Of a stretch of DNA of 64,000 bases, positions 47,110-58,884 are shown piece by piece (the stretch's first letter is position 1; each line of letters begins with the position of its first letter). The position numbers were made by a program, and so were the translations under genes. Under the pieces are notes generated by a model. The model did not search any database and was not told the DNA's origin. It saw nothing but the letters and a program-made list of their open reading frames with translations. This DNA comes from Puccinia triticina (lineage: Eukaryota), in NCBI GenBank assembly GCA_026914245.1, contig CP110440.1:2418001-2482000 (forward strand), given 5' to 3'.

Positions 47110-49459
47110 AAACTAAAAAGTTGGTAATTTGATGTATTGACATCAATGATGGCTTCAGCTAGCCAGTCTTTGAGACAGATCAGGGATTCGAGGGTTTTGA
47201 CTTTCATCTGATTTTGTGTGTAGTCCTGGATGTATCGACCGGCAGAGAAAGCTCTCTCGGTTGGAGCACTGGATGCAGGTACCAAGAGGTATGTTTGAGC
47301 CATCGTCGCAAGGGTTGGAAACTGTTCGGAGTGTGTTTTCCAGAAGATTAGAGGATCACAAGATTCCTCTTCGCATTCGGAGCTCAGATACTAATCGACC
47401 TCTTCATCCAGAGACGACATCTTTCATTTCTTTTTTTTTGAAAAGGCTAGACTTCAACGCGTTCTTAGCCGCTGTTTTGGAAGGTTCGTCTGTTATGTGG
47501 TCTTTGTTGTATCTGTTATGCACATATTCCTTGGCTTCACTCCAAAAGTCATCAATAATAGATTTCCTGCTGCGAGTTATCATTGCAAGCACTTCTGGAG
47601 AAAGGATGTCGATCTTGATGCGTGGGTTGAGCAAAGTTGAGCATAGATAAACAGGTTTGTTCATTGCTGAATTGAAATACCCCTTCAGCTTGTCGAGCAT
47701 ATCTTGCGCGGCCGGAATCAGTCCCCGAGTGCCGTATTTCTTAGAAGCCTATACATTTGGAAAAGTTTCACAAGTACAATGATTATTAATACTGATACAA
47801 GCTTAGACAAGATTGAAGAGAGTCATACATACCTCTGTAAGCTTTTCCATCAAACAAATGTATACTGGTGCTGCTAGGACCAAAGTTGGAGTTTTTTTGG
47901 GTGAGATTGTATTGGTTGCTTCTTCAAGAGGCTCCAAGAAATTACAGAGCAGCTTGACTTTATCCCATTCCTCTGGTGTAAGTTCCTACTTCTCACTCAA
48001 GTTGTGGGCTTCACAAAATTCCAAAATACAAGCTCAAGGACTAAATGCCCTCCTGAGCATGTGAAATGTGGAATTCCATTGGGTCGCTACATCATCAATC
48101 ATCAATAATTTTTTCCCCATCAAGCAAATAGTGATGTCTAGCACTGCAAAAAAAACTGTGTCAACTGTGAGCAGCTGACATGCGGTAACTCTGAGGAAGC
48201 TTGTGGTGTTACACCAGCCTTACCCAAGGTTTGACTCAACCAAAGCTTCAATGCACAGTCACTGTGCACCTTGCACAGTGACTGTGCCAACAAAGGCACT
48301 TGTGCATTCAGGTGGAGTTACAATGGTAGCTTGGCTTGAGTATCCTGCATGTCAACTGCAAGCAGTTGACCAAGTTTTTTTTGCTGTGTAGGAATGCAGC
48401 TTTTTTTAGGGGAGCGCTTTAAGAAGGTTGTGAGGCCGCTGATTCAAGAAACAACGCTTTTGAATTCTATCGGATCTGGTTCATCATTGAGGATGCTTAA
48501 TAGTCCCTGTGGAAATTTGGGTGGTGGTGGTGGTTGGGAGAGAGATTTTATTCCTACTTGCGCGGCGAGATTGATCACATGCGCCATACAACCAAGCATA
48601 CAAGTTTGGCCGTTGAACTGAATTTGAGTTGATATATAGGAGCTCATTGTGTTGTTGTTCGTTGCATTGTTATCTGTGATACAGAATACCTTGTTGGCAA
48701 TGTTGAAAGACTTCAGCACATCTATTAAGTGCTTTCCTAGATTAAATCCAGCATGAGTACCATCAACAATCCAAGCAGCTAAGACAATCAACCAAAGAGA
48801 AAAATTCTTTTCAATCCAGTGGGCTGTTACTCCTAGGATTGATTGGTTGCTAGAGGACGTCCAGGTGTCGCAGGTTAGGCTGATTTGGGAATTGATTCCG
48901 CGGAGCTGTTCGCAGAGGACTTGTTTTCCCTGTTTAAAGGTTAGCTGAATGAAAGAAGCCAACGTGTCTGCAGTACAAATAAGATTTTTTTTTCCGGGTT
49001 GCAGAGTCGAAGGAGCTTGCAAAATTCCTTGTCTTCAATAACAATGTAAGGAATGTTACAGTTGATGAAAAAGTGGGCAACCGTGGCAGTCAAGGATTTG
49101 TGGGTGAGTTTCATAGGTAATTTCCCTTTTTTCAAGAACTTTGTGATTGCGCCGGTATCCGATTTTCCTTTGTGTATTTTATGGCAGCGGTCCAAGTGAT
49201 TGATTGTACTTTTAGTTGATCCCTTCCCGTCAATGGCAAGATTTTTAAGGCATAAGTCTCTACCTCCGGGAGTTTTGTTGACCTGGCCAACATTAAAAGA
49301 CACATTGTTCGTAGTTATTGTCTTGAAATATTGCCAAACCCAGCTTTTCTTGCCGGAAGCTTTGGTTTCATCATCAACTAGCCGCGTTGTTGGTTTGTTT
49401 TCCGAGGCTGAATCAATCTCAATGGGTGCAGAGTCACTAGCAGCGCGTTTTGGGGCCAT
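47110..49459 (-). pseudogene. hAT transposase pseudogene (BED finger, DDE, dimerisation domain)
   Basis: Motifs SWVWQYF..STKSTINHL..H, SLTCDTWTS, CMAHVINLAA, TQWNSTFHML and ASSAPTERAFS. Contains frameshifts, stops and a MITE insertion. Confidence 0.9.
48142..48388. mobile_element. CACTA-like MITE in the hAT transposase
   Basis: TIR CAC(T/A)GCAAAAAAAACT..GTCAACTG and 3-bp TSD TAG. A related sequence lies at ~24540-24670. Confidence 0.7.
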
Positions 49460-50389
49460 TTCGGGGTCGTGGAAGCAATGGTTGAGCGTTAATTCACGCA
49501 GAGGAGCTCAGATTCCCACCAAACACACCTCAGAGCCTCAAAAGAATTTTTTTTGGTGATATCCGCCGGGTACCCAACGTTGGGTCCGGATACGCCGGGT
49601 TCAGATCTCGGGAAGGCAATACCTGAACCCGGGGCACCAGATCGGAACCTTACTTGTCATTAAGGGAGTTGTTACTCCCCTCGATGTTTGTACTAGGACT
49701 GTCCTCAATGACCGGTCTATTTTCAGTCATCAAGGGCAGCTCAAAGTGGGCCAAGGGCCGGGGGTCCAGGGTTTACCCAATTAACTGGGGGGGGGGGGAG
49801 CGGTACTTGGGGGCGGTACCCGGGTACCACACCGCTTTTTCCAAAAAACAGGCACCCGGCACCGCCTTGCGGGTGTGGGAGGTGCCGGGTACTGGTCAAC
49901 ATTCTCTAACACCAGGGGAGAAAGTCTGGCACTCTCTAGAGAGTGCCAGACCGTAACTTTATCTTTGACTTGGTCAGAAGTCAGTTCAATGTGGGTGGGT
50001 AACTTGTGTTCAACTTTGTTGACGAACTTATTAGCAACTATTGTATAAGAGTATGATGAGTTCAGTGCAACTCATCTGTAACTCCTGATAGTATCAGTTT
50101 GTATTTTATTCTATCCTTCAGGCATCTGGATTTGAAGATAAGTCATGATGACTGCCAGATACTTACCTAAACTTGTCTGATTCTGTCCTCATTACAGGCC
50201 ATTTGCGTGATTTGTGAAGATTTTGTTTTGGCTTCCTCATGGACCATATTCAGCCACCTTATTCACATGAGCTATTTGGATGTAGATGTGAATTATCTGG
50301 TTTCTCCCTATGACCCATATTGTTTGTATCCTAGTGGTTTCCTGCAGCTGTTGCTTGACCATGATGACCTGGATAGTGGGTGATGGTGC

Positions 50390-52650
50390 CCAGTCAGGGG
50401 ATTTGGAAATCCTCTTGATGGCAGGTTTGCACTGGCAATTGAGGAGACACACTCCCTTTGATGGCCAGTACAACCCGGCCATCAAAGGGAGTCGCCCCCT
50501 AGTTGCATACTACATGTCCACCTGTGAAATATGCCAGCAATTTCACATGAAGATCCTGTACAACATTGTCACCCTGATGTTCGCCCAAAAATCAGGGTGA
50601 CATTCAAATTTCATGGCCAGGTTGTACCCGCCATCAAGAGGAGTTGATGGCGAGTACAACTTGGCCATTGATTTGGATGCAGAATCCCTTTGATGGCAGG
50701 TTCCATTGGCCATCAAAGGGAGTACACACCCTGTTTGATGGCTGTTGAAACTCAGCCATTAAAGGGCTTTGATGGCTGAGTTGTAACAGTCATCAAACAG
50801 AGTTTTTACTTCCTTTGATGTCCGGTGCAATCCCAACTTAGCTAATTCCCTCCTTGGGGGAGCGAAGCGACCTCCGAAGGAGGGACTTATGCCCTATGTG
50901 GACCCTGCGGTCTGAGAGAATTATGACTTTTGGTGGGGACTTTTTTAGAATTACTCTCCCTCATGAGCCTCTGCACCATTTTTGAAATTGTTTACATTTC
51001 TGGGATGGCCCAAGCTGTCCCTATCTTTCTACTATTTTTTCCCATCCTCAACACCTCTTGTTGAGCTGTAATCAGAGTTGTAACATCATGGATTCCAGAT
51101 TCTGTACAGTGCAACATGTGTGATACGGGATATAGCCAACTAGATGAAGTTGCAAAAAAAGACATTTGAATGTCATTACATATCCCTAAAAACAGGGCAA
51201 TAGGTGGAAAGATTCTCCTTGATGTTCTGCATCTTTTGTTCCCCTGCAACTCAATCACATAATGTGATGTGATGAAGCTACACAGGATTGAAAAATGCCA
51301 AGTTCCTGATTCTCTCAGGCTGCGGGGTCCACTTAGTGTATAAGTCCCTCCTTCGGAGGGTCCCTGCGGGACGGCGTCCCCCCTCCACAAAGAGAGGGAC
51401 TTAGTTAAGTTAGGGTGCAATCTGGCTATCAAAGGGAGGCTGCCTTCATTAATTGTCCGCGCTGTACCAGCCATTGCGGGTATTTCACACTGCCTTCAAT
51501 TGCTGGGCTGCAGCGGCCATCAAAAGGAGTACATGCTCCCTTTTTGCTGCTACAACTCTGCCGTCAAAGGGAGTGGAAAATTCTCTTGATGGCAGGGTTG
51601 TACCCGCCATTGAGAAGACACCCTCCCTTTGACGGCCAGTAAAACCTGACCATCAAAGGGAGTTGCCTGCTAGTTTCATCCTACAGGTCTATCCGTGACA
51701 TAGGCCATCAATGTCACATTAAAATCCTGCTCAAGATTGTCACCCTGATGTTCGCCCAAACATCAGGGTGACATTCATGGCCAGGTTGTACCCGCCATCA
51801 AGAGGAGTTGATGGTGGGTACAACTTGGCCATCAGAGGTAGACTCCCTTTGATGGCCAGGTTGTACTGGCCATCAAAGGGAGTACACACCCTGTTCAATG
51901 TCTGTTACAACACGGCCATCTAAGGGCTTTGATGGCCGAGTTGTAACAGCCATCAAGTTAATTTTGAACTCCCTTCAATGTCGGGTGAAAAACATCTATT
52001 GAAGGGAGTCTGCATCCAATTTATGAGCTATACCAGCCATTGGGGGGATCTCACACTCCCTTTGATTGATAGGCTTTATCTGCCATCAAAAGGAGTACAC
52101 TATCCCTTTAATGGCTGGTGCAACTCTTCGATCAAAGGGAGTGGGGAAGTGAGAAATCCTCTTGATGGCTGGGTTGTACCAGCCATTGAGGAGACACAAT
52201 CACTTTGATGGCTAGTAAAAACTGGCCATTGAAGGGAGTTTCCCACTAGCTGCATCCTACAGGTCCAACTTTGAAGTAGGCCAGAAATTTCGCAAGATCC
52301 TGTTTAACCATTTCCACCCTGAATTTTGCCCAAATTTGAGGGTGAAATTCATGTCCGAGTTGTAATTGCCATCAAGAGGAGTTGAAAATCTCATCAATGA
52401 CTGGTATAAATCAGCCATCATAAGCAGGTTGCATCCAATTAACCAGCGCTCTGTACCATCCATGAGGAGAAATTCACACTTCCTTCATTAGCTGGGTTTT
52501 AGCAGCTATTGAAGGGAGTACACACTCCCTTCAAAGGCTGGTAAAACTCTGCCATTAAAAAGAGTGCACACTCCTCTTGATGGCAGGTTTGTGTTGGCCA
52601 TTGAGGAGACACTCCCTCAAATGGCCAGTACAACCCTGGCATCAAAACTC
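50390..52650. repeat. Degenerate satellite-like array of GATGGC...GCCATC(AAAGGG) palindromic units
   Basis: Higher-order blocks of ~430 bp at 50400-50830 and 51578-51980, and a third diverged block after 52150. Confidence 0.75.
50833..51413. mobile_element. MULE-like MITE
   Basis: TIR C(C/T)AACTTA(G/A)CTAA.TCCCTC plus a subterminal inverted repeat CTCCGAAGGAGGGACTTAT. 9-bp TSD GGTGCAATC. Confidence 0.75.
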
Positions 52651-53331
52651 TGTCAAATGAGGTTGGTAACAATAGTGATTCCAAGACCACACTTGTTCAC
52701 GCACTTTATAACTTAAGGTACAATCCTGGATAAGTTAGCCACTACTCAGGTCTGGTGATGATTAAATGTTAAACTGTGGAGCCCAGGGGATCACGTGTTT
52801 CCAGTGGTCAGGCAATTTGAAAAATTGATGCTAATTACATTGAAAAATGTTTGGCCTGAACAAAAATTTTGCAACACACCAGGCAGGGAAGAGATGATTA
52901 TGGTGTCTTTGACCTCCTCCCACTTCAGGTCTATCTGACAGAGAAGTTGGATTGTACCACCCTGAAATGATAACCAGGAGATGCATACATCCTGAGGTCC
53001 CCTTGTGGCTTGATCAGTTGAGCCTGCCTGGTCACAGTGTCATTGACCAAGATTGGCCTGTTCTGATGGACACATGAATTTCAGGATCCTCAGCTGGAAC
53101 AACCATGGAATGTGTTCCAGGTTGAGTCAGGCTGGAGTTGAGCATTGGGTGAAGTGAAGTTGTGGAATTTGCCATAGGGTTAGGATGAAGATGATATCAG
53201 CCTGAGTTGAACATAACATCACTATTGACACAAGCTTAATTTGTGTATGTGGCACACATGTTGCATGCCTGATACCCGCTGTGGTAAGACCAATCCAAAC
53301 CAAAACCCTTGAAAATAGGTTAAAATACATA

Positions 53332-54041
53332 CGGACTTACTTCGCGCACTGCAAAAAACACTTCGCGCACTGCACAGTGCGCGGATTCCCAAACACTTCG
53401 CGCACTGCGGGTAAACTACACAACTTTTTGAAGATTTTTCTTGACAAATCAATAGACAGGATTCTCATTGGCCTCTCTGAATTTTTTGGAAGTTTTTCAA
53501 AGCATTCTTCTATGTTTAAAAAAATCATTAAAAACCAGAGGAAATGTAGGATTTGGGCGCCTAAAAAACAAGGTTCCCATAGCCCAAAAATTCCAAATAG
53601 TTTGTTGAGTAATCTAACATGTAAGAACAGCTACTTCAAAACTTTTCAGCCACTTTGTGCAAGCATACAGGTCTGGAAAATAAGAAACTTCACCACATAT
53701 GAGCACATTGCATCTAAATTATCCTCATTTTTCAGACCTGTATGCTTGCAAAAAGTGGCTGAAAAGTTTTGAAGTAGCTGTCCTTACATGTTTCATTACT
53801 CAACAAATTATTTGAAATTTTTGGGCTATGGGAACCTTGTTTTTTAGGCGCCCAAATTCTACATTTCTTCTGGTTTTTAATGATTTTTTTAAACATAGAA
53901 GAATGATTTGAAAAACTTCCAAAAAATTCAGAGAGGCCAATGAGAAGCCTGTCTATTGATTTGTCAAGAAAAATCTTCAAAAAGTTGCGTAGTTTACCCG
54001 CAGTGCGCGAAGTGTTTTTTGCAGTGCGCGAAGTAAGTCTG
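53332..54041. mobile_element. 710-bp foldback MITE with an 8-bp TSD
   Basis: Near-perfect inverted arms of ~310-345 bp around a ~45-nt spacer. Termini C(G/A)GACTTAC. TSD AATACATA (53324-53331 / 54042-54049). Confidence 0.92.
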
Positions 54042-55419
54042 AATACATATTACATACATTGAATTCATGTACACACCGTCAAAAAGCGTGAAAGAATTTA
54101 GTTTACAAGTTATGGGACTATTACATACAAATTACATGAGAACTGTTTATCTTAATGTGCTTAAAAGCGCTGAACACCCTTGAAACCACATGTATACAAT
54201 TTTGTTTTCACACAGTGTTTATTTTATCACAAATACACTTAGAAATCACTCATGTCTTGGCAATCACCTGTATTAGGTCATATTTTCCCCAATAGGATCT
54301 TTCCCCCACTTTGATTTACAATCACACATATTGAATTCCTTCTCAGATGTGATTTTCCTTCCCAATTAGTCCAAGCCAAGTGATCATAACCCAAAGGGGA
54401 AATTGTTTTCATTACATATGTAAATCTTTCCCAACTGGTACATTTATTTCACATTACATTGAACAGCTTTCCCCATTAGTACATTTATTTCACTACATTG
54501 TAAATCACTCTCAGGCGTGATTTTTCCTATAAAAGGAGGCCTCTCTTGCCCCTTCTTGTTTTCTTTCCCCCTCATGCTTGCATTAGTGAATGAAAATTGA
54601 TATCATTCAGCAGACATCACTTCAAAAATTGCCCCCATCAAAATCCAAGTTTATTAAAGACAGAGAAACACAGAAACAAAGATCAAGGGTTTCCCCTACA
54701 AGTTAACCAAATCACAAAAAAAAAAATGCAAGGGTTCCCCCTTTCAAAAAAAACAAATCACAGAAAGCCTTCTTAACACAAAATTCAAACACCACAAACT
54801 GGACCCACTATCCATCCCTGTCTAGCAGGGTTTAAAATAGTGGGTGGATGACCCCCAGCGCGCCGCATTGAAGGCATTATGCAAAGGGGGGCCACCGAGT
54901 ATCCCCCCCTCAAACTGCGCAAGTGCAACAGCGGAGAGGGTGAGGACAAACCGCACACTGGAATTACAGCGGCAGAGGACGTCCTGGCGGACACAAACCA
55001 GCAAGCTGAAGCTTATTTTATAGACAATCCAGCACTAAGGCTCTCAAGACCCACCAACTCGACTGCCACAATAATCAAGCCCTGACAACTACGCCACCGC
55101 CACGCCCCTCCGGTACCTCTGACCTGCACAGTGGTGTTTTGACTGGCTAGGCGTTGTCTAGGTTTTGGGCTGTGCATGACAACAACAACAAGAGTCCCCG
55201 CCAATAATATCCAGAAACCACCAAGCAACCCAAGCCCCATCACCAGCCTCAGGGCCAAGATTTGAACTCAAATCCACGCCACCAGCCCTTGAGCTCCGAC
55301 TCAACCTTCCCCTCGACTAGAGTCTAGCAACACCTTCCGTTTGTGGCTCTTGGGCCCTGATAGGTGTCGCCTGCCCCATCCGCACCCTCAACTGCCACAC
55401 CGTCTGTCAAGCACTAGCA

Positions 55420-55828
55420 CAGGAAGCGATATACAAGCTGATCCAGAAAGAGGTGGGCTTTGACAAGATCTGCAAGATCCTCTTGCAGGTGTTTCGCCAG
55501 GAGCTTGAGCCGCTGATTGGTGTGTGGGTGGCAGCAATCATCTTTGCAAACATTGAGGAGATCATGCTGTTTGGGACAACATTCGTGAGCGCACTGGACT
55601 CCTGGAGGGCAGGCCCAGACAGCCGGCGCCCAGGTTCAGGTCAACAGCAACATCGTGCTTGACTACATCCAGGGCGTGATCAAGGTATTCAGAAACTGCT
55701 GCAGAAACTCAGCTAAAGCCTCCCCATCCTCGCCAACTTGATGCTCCAACACTCCATTGCTGACCGGCTCAATGGGCTCAAAGTCAAGGGCCTCAACCTC
55801 GAGCATTACTTTCTCCAGCCTATGCAAC
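55420..55828 (+). pseudogene. Captured RhoGEF (DH domain) gene fragment
   Basis: QEAIYKLIQKE, IIFANIEEIMLFGTTFVSAL, NIVLDY..VF..C.N and GLNLEHYFLQPMQ are the conserved DH regions CR1-CR3. Frameshifted. Confidence 0.7.
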
Positions 55829-55902
55829 TGTTGATCGCCCAGGTGAGCAATCTCCTACTCCATCCGATACCCGGCGAGGATGGCAATGCCAAACGGATGC
55901 TT

Positions 55903-57345
55903 CCAAATCGGTAAGCACTGCTCCCCTCATTAATCCTTGGCTCACTGCTTACCCGGAATCACCCAATCTGACATAACATTCGTCTTCTTCAGGTGCCAAA
56001 TTCTGGGAGGTGGTCTCCGACGAACACGGTATCGCTACTGATGGGAAGTACGTTGATCTTTCTTGAGCTTAGCTCCCCACCATATATGATCGAGACCGCT
56101 GATCAGAACCACTCGATCCATCATCCAGATACAAGGGTACCACCGATCTCAACTTTGTGTTTGGACAGTCCGGTGCCGGTAACAACTGGGCCAAGGGACA
56201 TTACACTCAGGGTGCCAAATTAGTCGACTCAGTGCTAGACGTCGTCCGCAAGGAAGCCGAGGGATGCGACTGCCTCCAAGGTTTTCAGATCACCCACTCC
56301 CTTGGTGGTGGAACCGGTGCTGGAATGGGAACCTTGCTGATCTCCAAAATCCGAGAAGAATTCCCCGACCGTATGATGGCCACCTTCTCCGTCGTCCCCT
56401 CGCCCAAGGTCTCTGATACCGTCGTTGAGCCCTACAACGCGACCTTGTCGGTCCACCAACTGGTCGAAAACTCTGACGAGACCTTCTGTATCAACAACGA
56501 GGCCCTCTACGACATCTGTTTCCGCACCCTGAAGTTGGCCACACCCACCTACGGTGACCTCAACCACTTGGTCTCGATCGTCATGAGTGGTATCACCACC
56601 TGTCTCCGATTCCCCGGTCAGCTGAACTCCGACTTGCGTAAACTGGCCGTCAACATGGTCCCCTTCCCCCGATTGCATTTCTTCATGGTCGGATTTGCTC
56701 CACTTACCGCCCGTGGGAGCCAGCAGTACCGTGCCATCACCGTGCCTGAGTTGACCTTGCATATGTTCGATGCCAAGAACATGATGGCTGCCTCAGACCC
56801 GAGACACGGCCGATACTTGACCGTCGCCGCCTACTTCCGTGGTAAGGTTTCGATGAAAGAAGTCGAAGAAAACATGCTGTCAGTCCAAAGCAAGAACTCG
56901 AACTACTTTGTTGAGTGGAGTAAGTCATATTTTGCGCAGATGACTGTCCCTTTACGCCTCTCGGTGTACTCTACTAATCGCGGTCCTCTCTTTATCTCAT
57001 GGCAGTTCCAAACAACGTCCAAACCGCTCATTGTGACATCGCACCTCGTGCACACAAGATGTCTGTGATATTTATCGGTAACTCGACTGCCATCCAAGAT
57101 TTGTTCAAGCGGGTGGCCAATCAATTCACGGCCATGTTCAGACGTAAAGCTTTCCTGCATTGGTACACTGGAGAAGGGTGCGTCTAGGCATTCCTCAGAT
57201 GTTTTATATGTCAACGAGTTGCTCATCTCTCTCTCTTGGCGCTCGTTCCCTCATCAGAATGGACGAGATGGAATTCACGGAAGCAGAATCCAACATGCAG
57301 GATCTGGTTGCTGAGTACCAGCAGTACCAAGAGGCTCATATGTAG
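55903..57345 (+). pseudogene. TUB2: Transposon-captured beta-tubulin copy (5'/3' truncated, in-frame internal deletion, 4 introns retained)
   Basis: QIG|AKFWEVVSDEHGI...GGGTGAGMG...[28 protein letters not shown]. Lacks the MREI start, about residues 43-88 and the acidic tail. Introns 55911-55992, 56048-56128, 56920-57005 and 57178-57257. Invariant residues are substituted (HYTQGAK, INNEAL). Confidence 0.9.
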
Positions 57346-58097
57346 TCCCGGATCCTCCACCCCCTACCTAGCCTGGCAAACATCCTTCTCTCCACGCTAG
57401 GTAAGTCGCCTTCTTTCCTCCTTCTCTCTCTTCTCTCTCTTCATCCAAAAGTTGTAGATACTAAGAGAGATCATTCTCTCCACACTAGGTTCTTCCTCCC
57501 TTCATCTTAAATGTTAGTGACTTGGGCCCTGAATCTCACAAGACAAGTTCTCAGCACCCCCCATTTGATCCTTTCAGTGAAGAGTCCCAGTTGGACTCTT
57601 ACACTATGATTTTATTTTCATCTTTCTTGCAGGAAAATTATTCCTCTGAATATGTACATAGCTTTCCTGATCAAGACTCTGTGGGCTTCCTTATACCAAC
57701 AGTGGACCATATCTCCCCTGACTATTTAATAAATCTTGCAGTATAATTGAAGAAAACATTTGACATGTTAAGTCTACCTTGTTATGGTGCTCAATGCTTT
57801 GACAATTAGCATATTTCAAAGAAGATTAAGACCTTCTTTTCAGGGAATGCAAAATATCTGCATATATTATCTGTTTATTTCCCTGCAAAAGGTGATTAAA
57901 TTAGCAGTATTCCCCAATGTGAGAGGTTTTATGCTTTTAACATTGAGAATCCCAAGTGACAAAAACAACACATTCAGATTAATTGCATGAAATTTTTGTT
58001 GAGGAGTAGAAATTGAGTTGTTTCATGCAACAACGTAACATAAGTTATGCAGCTAAAATACAAAGCAAGCTATGAAAACAAGCTCTGGGGGGTTGCA

Positions 58098-58122
58098 GCG
58101 GCGCAGCCGCCTTGGACTCTAG
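58098..58122 (+). mobile_element. Helitron-like 3' terminus
   Basis: GC-rich hairpin GCGGC-GCA-GCCGC, an 8-nt spacer, then CTAG followed by T. Confidence 0.55.
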
Positions 58123-58884
58123 TATTGTCTTATAAAATTGCCCCCTCATCAAATATTGCCTCAACTTCTCACTTGACTTGAAAATCTGACTTATTAATTT
58201 AAGTTCAGGAATCTCCCAGAGTAATCATCACGCCAAACTCTTCTAAATTATAACATTACATCAAAATTACATATTACAAGGTTTAAAATAGTAACAAGAT
58301 TTACATAGTTAAATTCAGGAAGATTCCGCCACACTAAAATAAATAGTGTATCTCCTAGAGCTTAATTATAGGAGGGCAGCCCTTCAAGCACCCGTGTAAA
58401 CTGTCAAATCCGTGATATTTACATTTCCCCTCCAAGCTCTGCTTACGCCTTGCGTGAGAGTTCCACACCGCCAGGGTTGCTGAAGGAAGTTACGGTCTGG
58501 CACTCTCTAGAGAGTGCCACACTTTCTCCCCTGGTGTAAGCTACTCTGCTCAATGAACAATCTGTGCCTGTCATCAGATTCAAAGGGAGTAGCACCCTTG
58601 ATGACCATTTTGTGTTGGTCATTGAGGGGTCCTACTCCCCTCAATGACCAAGGTGTGCTGGTCTAACAAGTTGGGCGGGTGGGTGTGGAACCACAGATTT
58701 ATCTAGGGTGTTGAGTGGCTCACCCCTTTTACAGGGTATCATATTGGAGTGTGGAGATGGGGTATTGTGGCTTTGTACACCATATATTGATATATTGAAC
58801 CAGTTTTGGGGTACCCTGTGGCTCACCCCAAATTACATGGGGCATGAGGTGCTTTACCCCATCTTCACAGGGGTGCACAAAAGT

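Larger units (their letters stand above)
46843..49652 (-). mobile_element. Degenerate hAT transposon
   Basis: TIRs TAAGGTTCC(A/G)ATC(C/T)GG and GC-rich subterminal repeats. The transposase is frameshifted. The flanking 8-mers do not match. Confidence 0.88.
49910..58536. mobile_element. Non-autonomous CACCA-ended (CACTA/CMC-like) element, 8.6 kb, with nested TEs and captured genes
   Basis: ~50-bp TIR CACCAGGGGAGAAAGT(C/G)TGGCACTCTCTAGAGAGTGCCAGACCGTAACTT containing an internal palindrome. 3-bp TSD TAA (49907-49909 / 58537-58539). Confidence 0.85.

Noticed and set aside
55903..57345. Native functional beta-tubulin gene
   Set aside because: It lacks the MREI start exons, ~46 internal codons and the acidic tail, has changes at invariant residues, and is embedded in TE sequence.
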